A stretch of 64,000 bases of DNA, from assembly GCA_002269645.1 (NCBI GenBank), contig NIVC01000028.1:124001-188000 (forward strand). The letters are read 5' to 3'. Of this stretch, positions 44,173-58,403 are shown in pieces. A model generated the notes under the pieces. It worked only from the letters and a program-made list of their open reading frames with translations. It was not told the origin of the DNA and did not search any database. The stretch comes from Macrostomum lignano (Eukaryota). The position numbers were made by a program, and so were the translations under genes. Within the stretch, counting starts at the first letter, position 1; each line of letters starts with the position of its first letter.

Positions 44173-47100
44173 TTAAACCTCTTCTGCTCCTGCTGACTGA
44201 GGCGGTGGCGACATCGGCTTGACAACCTCGGCCTCGATTTTGACTCCCGCAGAATGCACCTCTCGGGAGCAGCTCTCGGCTTCATCCTGATAGTCGCCAT
44301 AGTCTTCTTCATCAACTATGCCAGCCTCTGCAGCAGCCGTGGCCGCCGCCTCAGCCTCCCGGCTCTCGCTGGCGAAATCCGCAGAGTCGCACTGCTCAAA
44401 ACCAGCCTCAGCATCTTCCTCAGCCTCATCACCGTCGTCTCCATCATCATCGGAGTCATCATCGTCTAGCTGGTCCTCATCAGCTTCAGCATCTCTGATG
44501 AGGCGGCTGTCCAAGGGCCGGAATTTCTTCCTTGGCGGCTGCAGCTCAGGCTGGTCCTGATGAAGCTGCTGATGCTGGAGCTGGTGCAGCTGGTGCTGGT
44601 GCAGCTGGTGCATGAGCACCGCCGCTCCGACGCCAGAAGCGGCCATCGCGCCGCCGCCAGCGCCACCGAGAGCCGTCGCCGCAGTTGCCCCATCGTCAGA
44701 GTCGGGCGCGAACTTCACGCATTTCTTTTTCCGTTTGCAGGGCTTGCACCACAGCTCCTGCCGGTCCAGTCCGTACACCGCCCGGCACTTCTTGGCCGAT
44801 GCGCCCAGGTTCTTGGCGTCGCCGTCCAGACCGAGGCCCAGCTTCTTTTTCTTCTTCTTTCTCGACGCGCCGCCGTAGTTTTCTCTGGCCGACCAGTTCG
44901 GGTAGAGCTTGGAGTGCAGCTCCTTCTCTTTGCGGGCCAGCTCGTAGTATTTGGCCTGCTCATCCCGACTCAGCGAGTGCCACTTCCTGCCCAGGATCTG
45001 GTTGATCGCCGCAGACTCTTTCAGGGTGCACTCGGCCACCACCACGGGTCGCTGCTCCTTCATGAAGATCATGAAAGCGTTTAGCGGCTTCTTCACGTGA
45101 TTGGTTGGCTTGGAAGTGGGGCCGCCGCCGCCTCGACCTGCTGCGGCACTGCGGTACTGCGACTGCTGCTGGCTGGCAACTGGAGACAGCAGCCGGTTGC
45201 TTGGCGGTAAAGCCATCGAATGCTGCTGCGCCTGCGGCTGTGGATGCTGCTGTTGATGATGAGGCTGATAATGCCCATGGCCGCCGTTGCTGAGGGGACT
45301 GGAGACCGCTGCGGGGTTGTGCTGCTGGTGCGAACGGCCTGCGGTGCGGAATTGGGAGGGTTGGGGTTCAGTTTAGTTAGGGATCCTCGGTGGCTGGTCC
45401 AGCCTCCCATATCCTCAGTAGCTGGGCCAGCCTCCCAGATCCTCAGTTGCTGGTCCAGCCTCCCAGATCCTCAGTAGCTGGGCCAGCCTCCCAGATCCTC
45501 AGTTGCTGGTCCAGCCTCCCAGATCCTCAGTAGCTGGGCCAGCCTCCCAGATCCTCAGTTGCTGGGCCAGCCTCCCAGATCCTCAGTTGCTGGTCCAGCC
45601 TCCCAGATCCTCAGTAGCTGGGTCAGCCTCCCAGATCCTTAGTTGCTGGGCCACCAGCCTCCCAGATCCTCAGTTGCTGGGCCAGCCTCCCAGATCCTCA
45701 GTTGCTGGGCCAGCCTCCCAGATCCTCAGTTGCTGGGCCAGACTCCCAGATCCTCAGTTGCTGGGCCAGCCTCCCATAACCTGAGCTGCTGGGTCAGCCT
45801 CCCAGCTACTCAGACTGAGACACCCTCCCAGATCCCTAGACACTCCCAGAACGCAGAGCAAATAAACGCCTTTCTCGTTGGGCCCAAATTCCAGCTTATT
45901 AAAAAACACTTCACATTAACCATATTGAACCCAAGGCAATTAGGGTGTGAAGAAAGCGCACTCTCATATGCTCAATTCTAAGTTGCAGACCGACTCAAAG
46001 CCATCATTTAGTCGCTTAAAAAGCATCCCAGCAACAACAGGGTAATAATCAATCAATACTTCTATCAACTGATCCATTGTGCTCAACCTGAATAGTAGAC
46101 CTTCTATTAGACAGTATTTAAAGCTAAATGTTTTCAAATATCCGCACACGTGGAGCGACTCAATTATGGTCCGCCTCGCGCTCTAATAAAACACAGTGCG
46201 TGCTCGAGCACACCCCCATTCCCACCAGCCTGTTAGCAACACCTCAGGAGACTCGAGCGCACTTGTTGTTCAACCCAGCCTGTAGGCTGACACGCAACGC
46301 ACCCAGTGCATCGAAATCGATGGGCTATCAATCTGGCGGGGATCTGTCTATCTAGATCGCAGACCGTCGCCGTTCCCACGTTCATCTTGGCACCAGGTAA
46401 ATAGCATTGAGAGACAAAGCAGCACAAAGAGGCTGGATGGATGGAAAAATCAACACGCGTTTTATAAAATATAAAACTGACTTAAAGATTCGCTCATTGA
46501 TAACAGGCGAAAGAAATCAATGGAGTTGCAAAGCGAAAACTATGGGTGGAGCACCAATACGCCAAGAGCGAAGCACAGCGGGGTTGGCACGCATGCAATC
46601 TATTTTTTATATTTCTAATTATAATCAAACTGAACCTCAGTCACTTTTGTCTTTTTGCAATCGACGGTTAATGGATGAGATGCTTACATGCAACTGACTG
46701 AATTTCTGAGTCAGGAATTCTCTGAGCAGCTGAGCACCTGAATGCTGAGGTGTCCCATCAGACCTTAGACAGACACAAATAACAGCTGAGCACCTGAATG
46801 CTCAGGTGTCCCATCAGACCTTAGACAGACACAAATAACAGCTGAGCACCTGAATGCTCAGGTGTCCCATCAGACCTTAGACAGACACAAATAAAAGCTG
46901 AGCACCTGAATGCTGAGGTGTCCCATCAGACCTTAGACAGACACAAATAACAGCTGAGCACCTGAATGCTGAGGTGTCCCATCAGACCTTAGACAGACAC
47001 AAATAACAGCTGAGCACCTGAATGCTGAGGTGTCCCATCAGACCTTAGACAGACACAAATAACAGCTGAGCACCTGAATGCTCAGGTGTCCCATCAGACC

Positions 47101-50100
47101 TTAGACAGACACAAATAACAGCTGAGCAACTGAATGCTGAGGTGTCCCATCAGACCTTAGACAGACACAAATAACAGCTGAGCACCTGAATGCTCAGGTG
47201 TCCCATCAGACCTTAGACAGACACAAATAACAGCTGAGCAACTGAATGCTCAGGTGTCCCATCAGACCTTAGACAGACACAAATAACAGCTGAGCAACTG
47301 AATGCTCAGGTGTCCCATCAGACCTTAGACAGACACAAATAACAGCTGAGCACCTGAATGCTCAGGTGTCCCATCAGACCTTAGACAGACACAAATAACA
47401 GCTGAGCACCTGAATGCTGAGGTGTCCCATCAGACCTTAGACAGACACAAATAACAGCTGAGCACCTGAATGCTGAGGTGTCCCATCAGACCTTAGACAG
47501 ACACAGGACAGCTGAGTAGCGAAGTCATCTATCTCTACTGGAACAGTCAGTGAGAAGTCGCTAATATTGGAGAAGCCGGACGGACCCAGGAAGGACGCAG
47601 CGGGGCTCCCCCAAGGTGCCGAGGCGCCCTCACAGCAGTCCAACACTCAGCTCCCATCCCAGTCAATCAAACGCAGTCTACACAGGTGCTCTCAGCCTAA
47701 CAGAATAGAGAAGCGAGAGCGGCCGAGTCACGCAACCGGCCTCCTTTTCCCGCCGAAAGCCGAAAGCGAGTTGGCTGTCAGTCAGCGGGGAGACCCGCCT
47801 CCCAGCGTCCGCCCGACATCGGCCAAGTGGCCAAGTTTGGAAAAACTGCCCGCACACCGTCTCTCGCTCTCTCTCTCTCTCTCTCACTAGCTCCCCCGTC
47901 TCTTTTAAAAGCCGAAGCTACGGACGGACAGACGACTTGAAATTTCCCGGCAGAATTTATTAGTTGTTGCCAGCCCACGAAATTTCCTGCTTATTGAATC
48001 ACTCAGTGGCGCCATCGAGCATACGGGGAGGCTCACAGAAGCTTGCATTGGACTGCGGCTTTTCTCACACGTCCTGAACTCTTAGTAACACCTGCCAAGC
48101 ATAGGTGATTCTGATACCATTTTAGCAGTACGAATAGTTAGCGACACAAACGCGCAAGTAATTCCAATCCAACGCCAATGCCTCTCAATAAGCGCGCAAG
48201 TAATTCCAATCCAACACCAATGCCTCTCAATAAGCGCGCAAGAAATTCCAATCCAACGCCAATGCCTCTCAATAAGCGCGCAAGCAACTCCAATCCAACG
48301 CCAATGCCTCTCAATAAGCGCGCAAGTAATTCCAATCCAACGCCAATGCCTCTCAATAAGCGCGCAAGCAATTCCAATCCAACGCCAATGCCTCTCAATA
48401 AGCGCGCAAGTAATTCCAATCCAACGCCAATGCCTCTCAATAAGCGCGCAAGTAATTCCAATCCAACGCCATTGCCTCTCAATAAGCACGCAAGCAATTC
48501 CAATCCAACGCCAATGCCTCAAACGCGCAGCTGCAAACAAAAAAATCTAGTAGCTCCTCTGCACTGAGCCGGCCGCCACTTGTTCTCAACAAGGTTTCAA
48601 TATAAAAATGAGCAGCTCAATAGCTGGGCCGCTTTTATTTGGCGCCTTTTCCTCCCCGCCTCTCCTCTCAGACCCATGCGAGAGCTTCAGCTGCTTTTGC
48701 TACTCAAACTCTGCGCGGCCAACAGAAGCCAAGAAACTCAGTCGCTCAGAGCTCCGCCCCCCCCTTCTTGGCCGGTCCGCCTTCTCATTATCAACGCGTC
48801 AGTTAGGGGCTAAGACGGCCAAGCTCCCATTGTACTGCCAGCTGTCAATCACGCGTAACAGACAAGAGGGACAGCTCGGCTGCGGTATGCTGAGCCTCTT
48901 GGCGCTTTCTTTCTCCTCCCAATTTTTTTTCGCGCTTCCCTCCCCAGTTGTGTTGCCGATCCATGCAAGACTGCCGCCTTCAACTTCTTGCCCCCACGTC
49001 CTTCTGTGTTCAAGCTACTCCCCCCCTGAATTATTTGATTTTCAGTCATATTTTTCCGATATTCAGCAGTCGACTTTCGACTTTTGCTGTCGAATTTTAT
49101 AGTGAAATTACTTGCTACCTTAACCTTTTTACCTTAGCGCTCTTTATTTTTTACGTTTTACACACATTCAAGGTCGTAGTCGTAGGGCGAGGGGTCGAGA
49201 GGGGGACGGGCCCTCCTTTAAGCGGCTGTAAAAGTGCCACTTTGCATTGTTGCTTTGACGTCCTTGGCGCTAGCGCCCCTGGTACTTGGCGCCCCTGGTA
49301 CTGGCGCCCCTGGTACTGGCGCCCCCTGGTACTGGCGCCCCCTGGTACTGGCGCCCCCCCCCCCTGGTACTGGCTTCCCCTGGTTCTGGCGCCCCCTGGT
49401 TCTGGCGTCCCCTGGTACTGGTACTGGCGTCCCCTGGTACTGGCTTCCCCTGGTTCTGGCGCCCCCTGGTTCTGGCGTCCCCTGGTACTGGCTTCCCCTG
49501 GTTCTGGCGCCCCCTGGTACTGGCTTCCCCTGGTACTGGTGTCCACTGATACTGGCGTCCCCTGGTACTGGTGTCCACTGATACTGGCGTCCCCTGGTAC
49601 TGGCATCCCCTGGTTCTGGCGACCCTGGTACTGGTTTCCTGGTACTATTAACTAGCTATCCAGCAAATGAAATTAACTTTGAGCTAATACAAACACTCAC
49701 CACCCACACATACACACTTCTTGCTTCTGTTCACCATCCGCCTCTTTAGTTCTTCAATTAATTTTGGCTCTCATTTCAGCATTTAGAAATACAGGTGTAC
49801 TTAAACAGGTGTACCCAGTATTAATGCTAATTTATTCACAACAGCCATCGATTTTTTCGCATTTGTAGAGAGGCTTACTTGAAAATATGCGTTGATGCGT
49901 AGGGAATTTTTACGCGAGGGACTCAAAACTCAGAAATATTTCTTGTCCTGGAGGGAAGCTGACTTGAATAAAAGCGTGGAACGTGATTGAGAACAAACGA
50001 CTCAAGGTTTATTGACATTCCACAGGCCATAATTATAAAAAACCCAATTGACCTCATCGAATTCAATTGAGGAGACACACAGGTACGGCACATGCACCAC

Positions 50101-53100
50101 TCAGAAGACACCAGACTTGGGAGACTTTTTAACTGGCGGACAAAGATCTCGAGAGAACAAAGAGTGTCAAAAACAAGAGTCTGGACAGGACTCGATTATA
50201 GTCTGTCTCAGAATTGAGTCGACTGAAAAAATCAGAATTTTCCTCTTTCTTTCTTCTAAAGTAATAAAATTTAGAAAGTAAACAAAAGAAGCCTCGGTGA
50301 GATATCGATATTGGTTTTAATTTTCTTCTTTAACGATCGCAAATAAAGCAAATAACAGTAGAGAGCCAAGGCGAGATTCTTTTATTGTCTTTTATTGTCG
50401 CAAGCGTCGCATTCTCAGAGCCAGGCCTAGCCAAGTCAGTCACATAAAAAACTAGATCTTGAAGTATATAATAGCTATCGGAGGGCGAATCTCCTTCAAT
50501 TCACTTCCCCTGTTGTCTCCTGCAGTCTTTTGAAATATTCGCGTGAGCCATATAATATTTCTATTTTTCTAACTAACCCATTATTTAACCTCCGGGATAA
50601 GTATTGGAAGTACAGACAGACTTAACTAAACATTGATAAGAGGTGAGGGCTTGAGAAAGCGATTCTCAATCGAATGACGACCTACTTCAGTACTGACGAA
50701 GATTCTAAAGAAAGATTTACTAAAAGATTTATCAGCCCTACCCAGAGAAAAAGATTTGGAGAGTGGCGATTCTCTCATAGAGATCTCTGATCTCTGATTC
50801 TCATGATAAAATTCTTTGGGAGTGGTGATTCTCATGATGAGATTATCTGGAAGCAGCGATTCTCACTGGGAGTTTATCCCAAGAGTAGCCATTCTAATGG
50901 TGAGATTCTCTGAGAGAAGCGATTCTCACAGGAAGATTCCTTGAGAGTGGCGATTCGCACAGGGAGATTCCTTGAGAGTGGCGATTCACAATCACACAGG
51001 GAGATTCCTTGAGAGTGGCGATTCGCACAGGGAGTTTATCCCGAGAATGGCGATTCTCACAGGGAGATTTTCTAAGAGTGGCGATTCTCACAGGGGGTTT
51101 GTCCTGAGAATGGCGATTCTCACAGGGGGTTTGTCCTGAGAATGGCGATTCTCACAGGGAGATTCACTGAGAGTGGCAATTCTCACAGGGAGTTTATCCT
51201 GAGAATGGCGATTCTCACAGGGAGATTTTCTAACAGTGGAGATTCTCACGGTGAGATTTTTTAAGAGCGGCGGTTTTCCCATGGAAATCATTTGAATGGC
51301 GAATATTGAAACATTTTTTCACGAACAACTATTTCAAAAAAGCGTCCTAATTATATAACAATTCCACCAAATGTTCTGGCACTTATCCTCTTCGATTAAG
51401 ACTGACTGACACACGAATTGAAATCAGAATTGAAAGAAGCAATTGTAAACAGGGATGGGGGAGGCAAAACTGATAAACACAAAACAGCAGTGAAACTTCA
51501 TGGAAACGGGTCAGCTGGTTAGGAGAAGGCAATTCTGCTGGCTAAGCGATCGACTAGGGCCCGGTCACGCCTGAGAAGCGACGCAGGTTTTAACCAGTCT
51601 CTTTTTTGTCCAAGCAATATGAAAAAGACAAAAAAAAGGAGAAGAGAAACACAGATCGTAGAGAAAAAACCCCTCAGTTGCCGACACCAGATTTTCGGGA
51701 CCCCCCCCGCTGGGGTCATTAATTTCTTTCGCTTCATGGGGAAAATCTGCGAAGCGAAGCAATGCAGATGGGATCGAAAGGATGGGAGGAACGGGTGTGA
51801 AGGATAATCTGGTGCGTTAATCTAGGCAGACACGGAAGGCTGCAAGCAGGTGAAAAAACAGCAGTTATAATAATATAATAAAAAAGGAACACGCATCGAT
51901 ACAAGAAAAAGACGCAAGTAGGGGGGGGGGGAGAAAGAGTCGGAGATGAAGCAGGAGGCAGTATCGATCGATCGATTGATTGATTGATTTATAAAACAAC
52001 TTTATAGATTCAATAGTGTTAAGTATAGAGATATATTAGTTATATAGATGACAGGGCGCCCAAATTGGGGATTGTGAAGGGGCGCCCAAATTGGGGATTG
52101 TGAAGGGGCGCCTAAATTGGGGATTGTGAAGGGGCGCCCAAATTGGGGATTGTGAAGGGGCGCCCAAATTGGGGATTGTGAATTGGCGCCCAAATTGGGG
52201 ATTGTAAAGGGGCGCCCAAATCGGGTATTGTAAAAGGGCGCCCAAATTGGGTATTGTAAAGGGGCGCCCAAATCGGGTATCGTGAAGGGGCGCCCAAATT
52301 GGGGATTGTGAAGGGGCGCCCAAATTGGGGATTGTAAAGGGGCGCCAAATCGGGTATCGTGAAGGGGCGCCCAAATTGGGGATTGTAAAGGGGCGCCAAA
52401 TCGGGTATCGTGAAGGGGCGCCCAAAATTGGGGATTGTAAAGGAGCGCCTGAATCGGGTATTGTGAAGGGGCGCCAAATCGGGTATCGTGAAGGGGCGCC
52501 CAAAATTGGGGATTGTGAAGGGGCGCCTGAATCGGGTATTGTGAAGGAGCGCCAAATCAAGTAAAACTCCATCTTGAGACATCAAAAATAGGAGCCAAAA
52601 CAAGTTGAGGAGTTCAGTGCTCAGAAGTGTCTTTCTCACACCCCATTAAATTTGACCCCATCCCTAGGCTGCAGATTATCAATAATAGAGTGACAGCACC
52701 CGGCACGCACCAGATATTAAAGGATTAACGGAATGAAATAGTTTTTTTTCGCAGAAAATTGAGAAGCAAAAAGCTCCAGAAGAAGAAAAACTCTAGAGCT
52801 GATGATGATGACACGCTCTAAATGCCAGTAAATCACTGCTTAAATATCCTGTAGCAAAGTGAGTTGCCAAAAAAACAGATCCGCAAAATCGTCACTTCTT
52901 TCCCCTAAGCCTGACAAGCGGAAAGCAGGGGGGGGGATTAAGACTGTAACCAGATACTCGCTCTAACAAATCTTCCCCCAAAAAACCCGTGCCTAAAAGC
53001 TGTCAGGCTAAAATGGCAGCTCAGCTCATAAATCCATCACTGACTGCATGTATCAGTTCCTCCTCCGTGTCAATAAATAAATCAACAGAATCGAACTGTT

Positions 53101-56100
53101 TGACTTCAGTATGCTAAGAATCTTGATCCGCTTCTGAATCAGCATGGGTTTTGAATTTTTAATAAATAATAATAATTTTTCACTAAATTATTAACAATAA
53201 ATCTAAAGGAAAATCTTTACTGAAACAGCCGCCACTGACGCCGCCGCCGCAGCCGTCACATCCTCCCTCCGCCTTCTCTTCTCTTTATTAACTTCTTTTA
53301 ACACCAGCAACCCCGCAACCAAAAGAATACAGTTAGGAGTGAAGGCTTCCCGCGCGTATTATAATACCAAAAATAGGCTATAGGGTTGCGGCGCAGTAGC
53401 ACTGCCAGGGGCGGGGAGGTGGGGTAGCCATGGGGAAGAGCTACCCCAGTGGAGGAGAAAGGCCGCGGGGCTGGGGGGGGGCTGGGGGAGGGGCAGAGGA
53501 AGGAGTGAAAAGACAGACTGAAGTGGTCTCTTCACATTTGATTGACAGGCTCAAGGCCCTTTAGAAGCTACGTCCGTCAAAAAACCTCTGCAAATGTGCG
53601 AGAGCGAGCAGAGAGAGAGAGGGTGAGGAGAGAGCATTGCAGCCTTAGTGCAGTCAGTTTAATGCGGAACACAGCCACGGGGTCGGTCTCTCTATGCGCT
53701 CAGATCTACAGCATGGATGGATTGCTGCATCATCGACACTCTGACTCCCTAGCACACTTTCTCTCTCTCTGTATGTGACTTCAATGCTATCATTATATAC
53801 ATAGTTTATTAGGGAAAATTTTGGTGAGAACTATGCACACTCGTTGTATAATGACACTGTCTTCATCTAGCTTAAAGAGTCAGTCTTGCGGGCACACAGA
53901 CAGAACAAACACCCAAAATGAAAAAAATGAAACTTCTCTTACTGATGAAGATAACCTATGCGAAACTGACACACACACACGGACACACGGATCACTTTGT
54001 GAATATTTGAGTTGACTTGACGCAAGACAGCACACACAGAGGGGGGCGGGGCAGCAGCGTTATGCAGTTAATTAAATTCCGTTTGAAATTGAAGTCACAC
54101 ACACAGCACACACACACACAGCACACACACCACACAGAGGCCAGGCACTTGACTGCTCCGCCCACCGTCTCTCTCGGTCTCGCTTCTTGAAATGAAACGG
54201 CATGGCACACACACACGCTCACTGTGCTCACACAACTGCTCCAAGTCATCTCACGTGCTCTAAACTGACACTATATATACTCTAGCTAATTTTCTATATA
54301 GAGTGAAATAGAAAGTAGAATTAAGATGCCACAATTAGTTTAAAGACTCTCAAAACACTCCTTTAACCGTGATTTCTCGCTCTCACTTCACTTTTCAAGT
54401 TGAGTTCAAGTTTCAAGCCCGTATTTCCAGACCTGAAGTTGTTGGCGATTTCATTTCAATTTATTGAGATGCTTCATAGCCGCTGGATAGCTATATAAGG
54501 CTAATTTAATAATTCTCAGAGCCATGAACAAAGGTTGAGTCTAGGAGGAGGAGGAGCCTGCGAGGTGCCGGGAGTCAGTTCAGCTTCTCTGGGCACATAT
54601 AAATTAAGGATGAGCAAACATAACGAATAACCACTTTTTTACCTCTGCGGACAAAGGATTGGGATAGCAAGATTCTGACAGACAATGGATAGATTCGCAT
54701 TCCTACACAAGAAAAAAGAAAACTAAAACCGTATTATGCAAAGACGCCAGTGTGACACACGAAAGTAAAAAAACTTTTGTTCAGGGAGAAATTCTTTTAT
54801 GGGCAAAGGATTCAGGTGAGAAAGTAGAAACCCCCCCCCCCCAATACAGCACAGTCGGACGAATGTCAGAATAAATAAGTCTAATAGCAACGCTAACAAT
54901 AACCCGAGGGAGTGACTTTTTCCCATGGCAGGTGTGCTGAGCTTCTTCTCACCGTGCACAGACTCTCGCAAACTTGATGGCGCCACAAATATGAATGAGC
55001 TGAGAACACTACTCAGTTTTTTATATTTATTTCGCTACCCTGTGGCGATTTCACAACGTGAGAAAAAATGGATTTGCACCCCAGTTTTTCTACGCCTTTG
55101 TTGCGGATTGTTTCATTTTTAGTAAACCGCTGCTTTGGCACGTATTGGCTTTACACTGAGCTTTGGAATCTCTGAGGAATCTAAACTGCGGAACCTTTGG
55201 TATCTCTGAGGAATCTAAACTGCGGAACCTTTGGAGTCTCTGAGGAATCTAAACTGCGGAACCTTTGGCATCTCTGAGGAATCTAAACTGCGGAACCTTT
55301 GGTATCTCTGAGGAATCTAAACTGCGGAACCTTTGGTATCTCTGAGGAATCTAAACTGCGGAACCTTTGGTATCTCTGAGGAATCTAAACTGCGGAACCT
55401 TTGGAATCTCTGAGGAATCTAAACTGCGGAACCTTTGGAGTCTCTGAGGAATCTAAACTGCGGAACCTTTGGAGTCTCTGAGGAATCTAAACTGCGGAAC
55501 CTTTGGAGTCTCTGAGGAATCTAAACTGCGGAACCTTTGGAGTCTCTGAGGAATCTAAACTGCGGAACATTTGGAGTCTCTGAGGAAACTAAACTGCGGA
55601 ACCTTTGGAGTCTCTGAGGAATCTAAACTGCGGAACCTTTGGAGTCTCTGAGGAATCTAAACTGCGGAACATTTGGAGTCTCTGAGGAAACTAAACTGCG
55701 GAACCTTTGGAAACTTTACTGTAAAATGGGAACTTAAAATCGATAAACATTTCTTTCTGTCAATACAACAGCAGATATCGATCTACTCTATACAATATAT
55801 CAGCATCAATCAAAGGGAACGCATTCGAAAAAGGATTCAATTCACAGACTGGTCAAGACACACAGATTAGAGAGACTAGCGGCTATAGTCTAGCAGATAA
55901 AGGCCATGAAATCTGAGCACACTCTCGGTTCCCCGCCAGACCACTCCAGCATGACCCCTCCACCCCTCTGATAGCTGATAAAACCGCGGCGATGGGTCTC
56001 AGACGAGGCGGGGATCTATAGAGATGTTGATCCCCGATGCCTGTCGCCGCCGCTGCTGCAGTTGTTTGCTGGCTATGCAAGCATGCAACCCGATACCCCT

Positions 56101-58403
56101 TTCCGAGTGAATTGAGACTCGACCAATGAGTAAGTAGAGACTATAGCTAAACCTTGAGTTCAGTTAATATGGAACGGATCTCAAAGGACACAGTCAAAGT
56201 GAATAGAAATTGCGTCTCCTTCAAACTCTGGCGCTTTATATTTCCTTTGGCACCATTTCTAACGCCTGATATTTCCTTTGGCGCCATTTCTAGCGCCCGA
56301 TATTTACCTTGGCGCCATTTCTAGCGCCATGATTCCCCATGGCGCCATTTCTAGAACCCTATATTTCTTTTGGCGCCATTTCTAGCGCCCGATATTTACC
56401 TTGGCGCCATTTCTAGCGCCATGATTCCCCATGGCGCTATTTCTAGAACCCTATATTTCTTTTGGCGCCATTTATAGCGCCCGATAGTTCCTTTGGCGCC
56501 ATTCCTAGCACCCGATATTTCCCTCGGCGGCATATCTAATGCTCGATATTTCCTTTGGCGCCATTTCTAGCGCCATATGTCTTCTTTGGCGCCATTTCTA
56601 GCGCTCCATATTTTCTTTTACGCCATTTCTAGCATCCTATATTTCCTTTGGCGCCATTTCTAGCACCCGATATTTCCTTTGGCGCCATTTCTTGTGCACA
56701 ACATTCTCTTTAGCGCCATATAATCATTTTGGCATTACTTGCCAAAACCGATAGCAAAGGGAGCCCACGACTGCCTTAAAGGCTGACCCAATAAGTGACG
56801 CAATGGACACACTTCTACAAAATCTAAAAATGAACTCAGACAACTTACCGGAACTCGAGGGGGACGCGTGCGGCTGCAGGTTGTCAAACAGTCGCATGCC
56901 CGAAGCCGCCGCTGCTGCCGCCGCAGCTGCCGCAGCCGCCGCCGCAGCCGCTGAAGGCACCGAAGGAAGCATGGGATGGCTGGGAAACAGCGCCTGCGAC
57001 TGCGGCTGCTGCTGCTGCGACTGGGACTGAGACTGAGACGGGTGACGATGAAGCTGCTGACGTAATGCGGTTTTACTCAATGATTGCTGATGATGCTGGA
57101 TTCGATGCTGAGAACTGGTCCCGCTGCCGGACACCCGACTAATTGTCGGCGGGACAACCGCGGCGGCACTCGACGAAGAAGTCGACGATGCAGCAGTCGC
57201 GCAGCTCAGTGGCGACACCGGAGGCGGAGGCGACCTGTGCAGGTGCTGCTTGTGATAATGCTGCTGCTGCTGATGCCTCTGAGGCTGCTGCTGATGCTGC
57301 TGATGAGGCGCAGGGAAGGGAGACGGCCGCTGAGGGGCAGCCGGATGATGCATGAAGGAGGCCAGAGCGGCGTACTGGTTGAAGAACTGGTGCAGCTGCG
57401 GCATGCTGTGATGGCTCGGATAGCCGAGTGGAGGCTGCGGCGACGGGGAGCCGGTGAACAGGGAGTGATGAGGCTGCTGGTGCTGCTGCTGGTGCACGTG
57501 AGGATGATACGGCGTCGGCGGCGGCATAAAAGCGGCAGCGGCGGCGGCAGCTGCGGCCATGTCGATCCGATGCTGCTGCTGGGAGGCGGAGCTTCCGGCG
57601 CTGCTGCCAAACGGCCGGTGCAGCGGCGGAGGCGGCAGGTGCCCGATGGAATGCGGCAGCTGATGATGCGGCAGCTGAGGCTGCACCGGAGCCGCGGCGG
57701 CCACCGCAGTGGTCTCATACGGCCGCCACAGAGCGGCTTTCTCGCCCTCCTCGACCAGGTCGGTTTTGTCCTGCTTCAGATTCTCGGCCGGATCGGCGCC
57801 GCCTCCAGACGAGTCTCCGCTGCAGCCGACGCCGCCAACATCGATCTCTTCGTCGTCTTCGTTGTTGTAGTTCTTCACCTCGTCTGAGGCTGCCAGATCG
57901 TCATTGTTGTTGTTGTTGTTATTGCTGCTGCTGTTGCTGCTGCTGCTGCGAACCGCCCCTGCCGCGGATGATGACGAAGCCGGCTTTCCCTGGATGCTGC
58001 AGACGGCGGCCAGCGGAGCGGCTTTCCTTGTCGACGCGGACACCGCCGGGAGCGGCTTGCGTCGCCGGGCCGCCTCCTCGTCTTCCTCTTCCTCCAGCTC
58101 GTCCTGATCCACAGAATCGTCGCAGAACCGGTGGGACAGGAGCACCTCGTCTGCTGAGCTCACACCGGGCGGCTCGCGTTTCAACAAATGCTGATGCTGC
58201 TGCTGCTGCTGAGCCGCAGCCGCCACCGCAGCCGCCGCCGCCGCCCGACACAGCAGCATCTGGCGAGCTGAGGACGCCGCCGGTGCAGCAGCTGTTGAGC
58301 CGCTTGCAGTGGTCGCCGCCGAAGATGCCGAAGCTGAAGCGCCGCCCCCACTGGCGCTGCCGCTTTTAGCAGCCTCAACCAGAGCTTGGGCCGCTGTTGC
58401 CAT
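44173..58403 (-). CDS. TCF: TCF/LEF (pangolin-like) HMG-box transcription factor with C-clamp, ~906 aa
   Basis: Exons 58403-56849 and 45338-44173 join in phase 1 (2721 nt). HMG box [43 protein letters not shown]...WSARENYG, basic tail RKKKKKK, C-clamp [25 protein letters not shown]. Beta-catenin-binding-like motifs [12 protein letters not shown] and [14 protein letters not shown]. Extra exons in the 11.5-kb intron cannot be excluded. Confidence 0.92.
45385..45800. repeat. 28-bp minisatellite (GCTGGGCCAGCCTCCCAGATCCTCAGTA)
   Basis: Tandem copies next to the TCF intron branch point/acceptor. Confidence 0.95.
46728..47515. repeat. 56-bp minisatellite x ~14
   Basis: Unit GCTGAGCACCTGAATGCTGAGGTGTCCCATCAGACCTTAGACAGACACAAATAACA. 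Confidence 0.95.
48150..48520. repeat. 42-bp minisatellite x ~9
   Basis: Unit GCGCGCAAGTAATTCCAATCCAACGCCAATGCCTCTCAATAA. Confidence 0.95.
49270..49645. repeat. ~16-bp-based GGCGCC/CCCTGGTAC repeat
   Basis: Degenerate tandem ctggcgccccctggta. Confidence 0.9.
50880..51290. repeat. ~31-bp minisatellite (GAGAGTGGCGATTCTCACAGGGAGATTCCTT)
   Basis: Diverged tandem copies. Confidence 0.85.
52055..52560. repeat. 26-bp minisatellite (GGGGCGCCCAAATTGGGGATTGTGAA)
   Basis: About 19 tandem copies. Confidence 0.95.
55165..55710. repeat. 34-bp minisatellite (TCTCTGAGGAATCTAAACTGCGGAACCTTTGGAG) x ~16
   Basis: Tandem copies. Confidence 0.95.
56240..56715. repeat. ~31-bp minisatellite (TTTGGCGCCATTTCTAGCGCCCGATATTTCC)
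   Basis: Diverged tandem copies ending ~130 nt from the TCF exon-1 donor. Confidence 0.9.

Noticed and set aside
49920-50280. Possible degenerate LINE ORF2 C-terminus ([13 protein letters not shown]...[15 protein letters not shown])
   Set aside because: Short, interrupted by stops, and only loosely similar to the RLRTGH-type motif.
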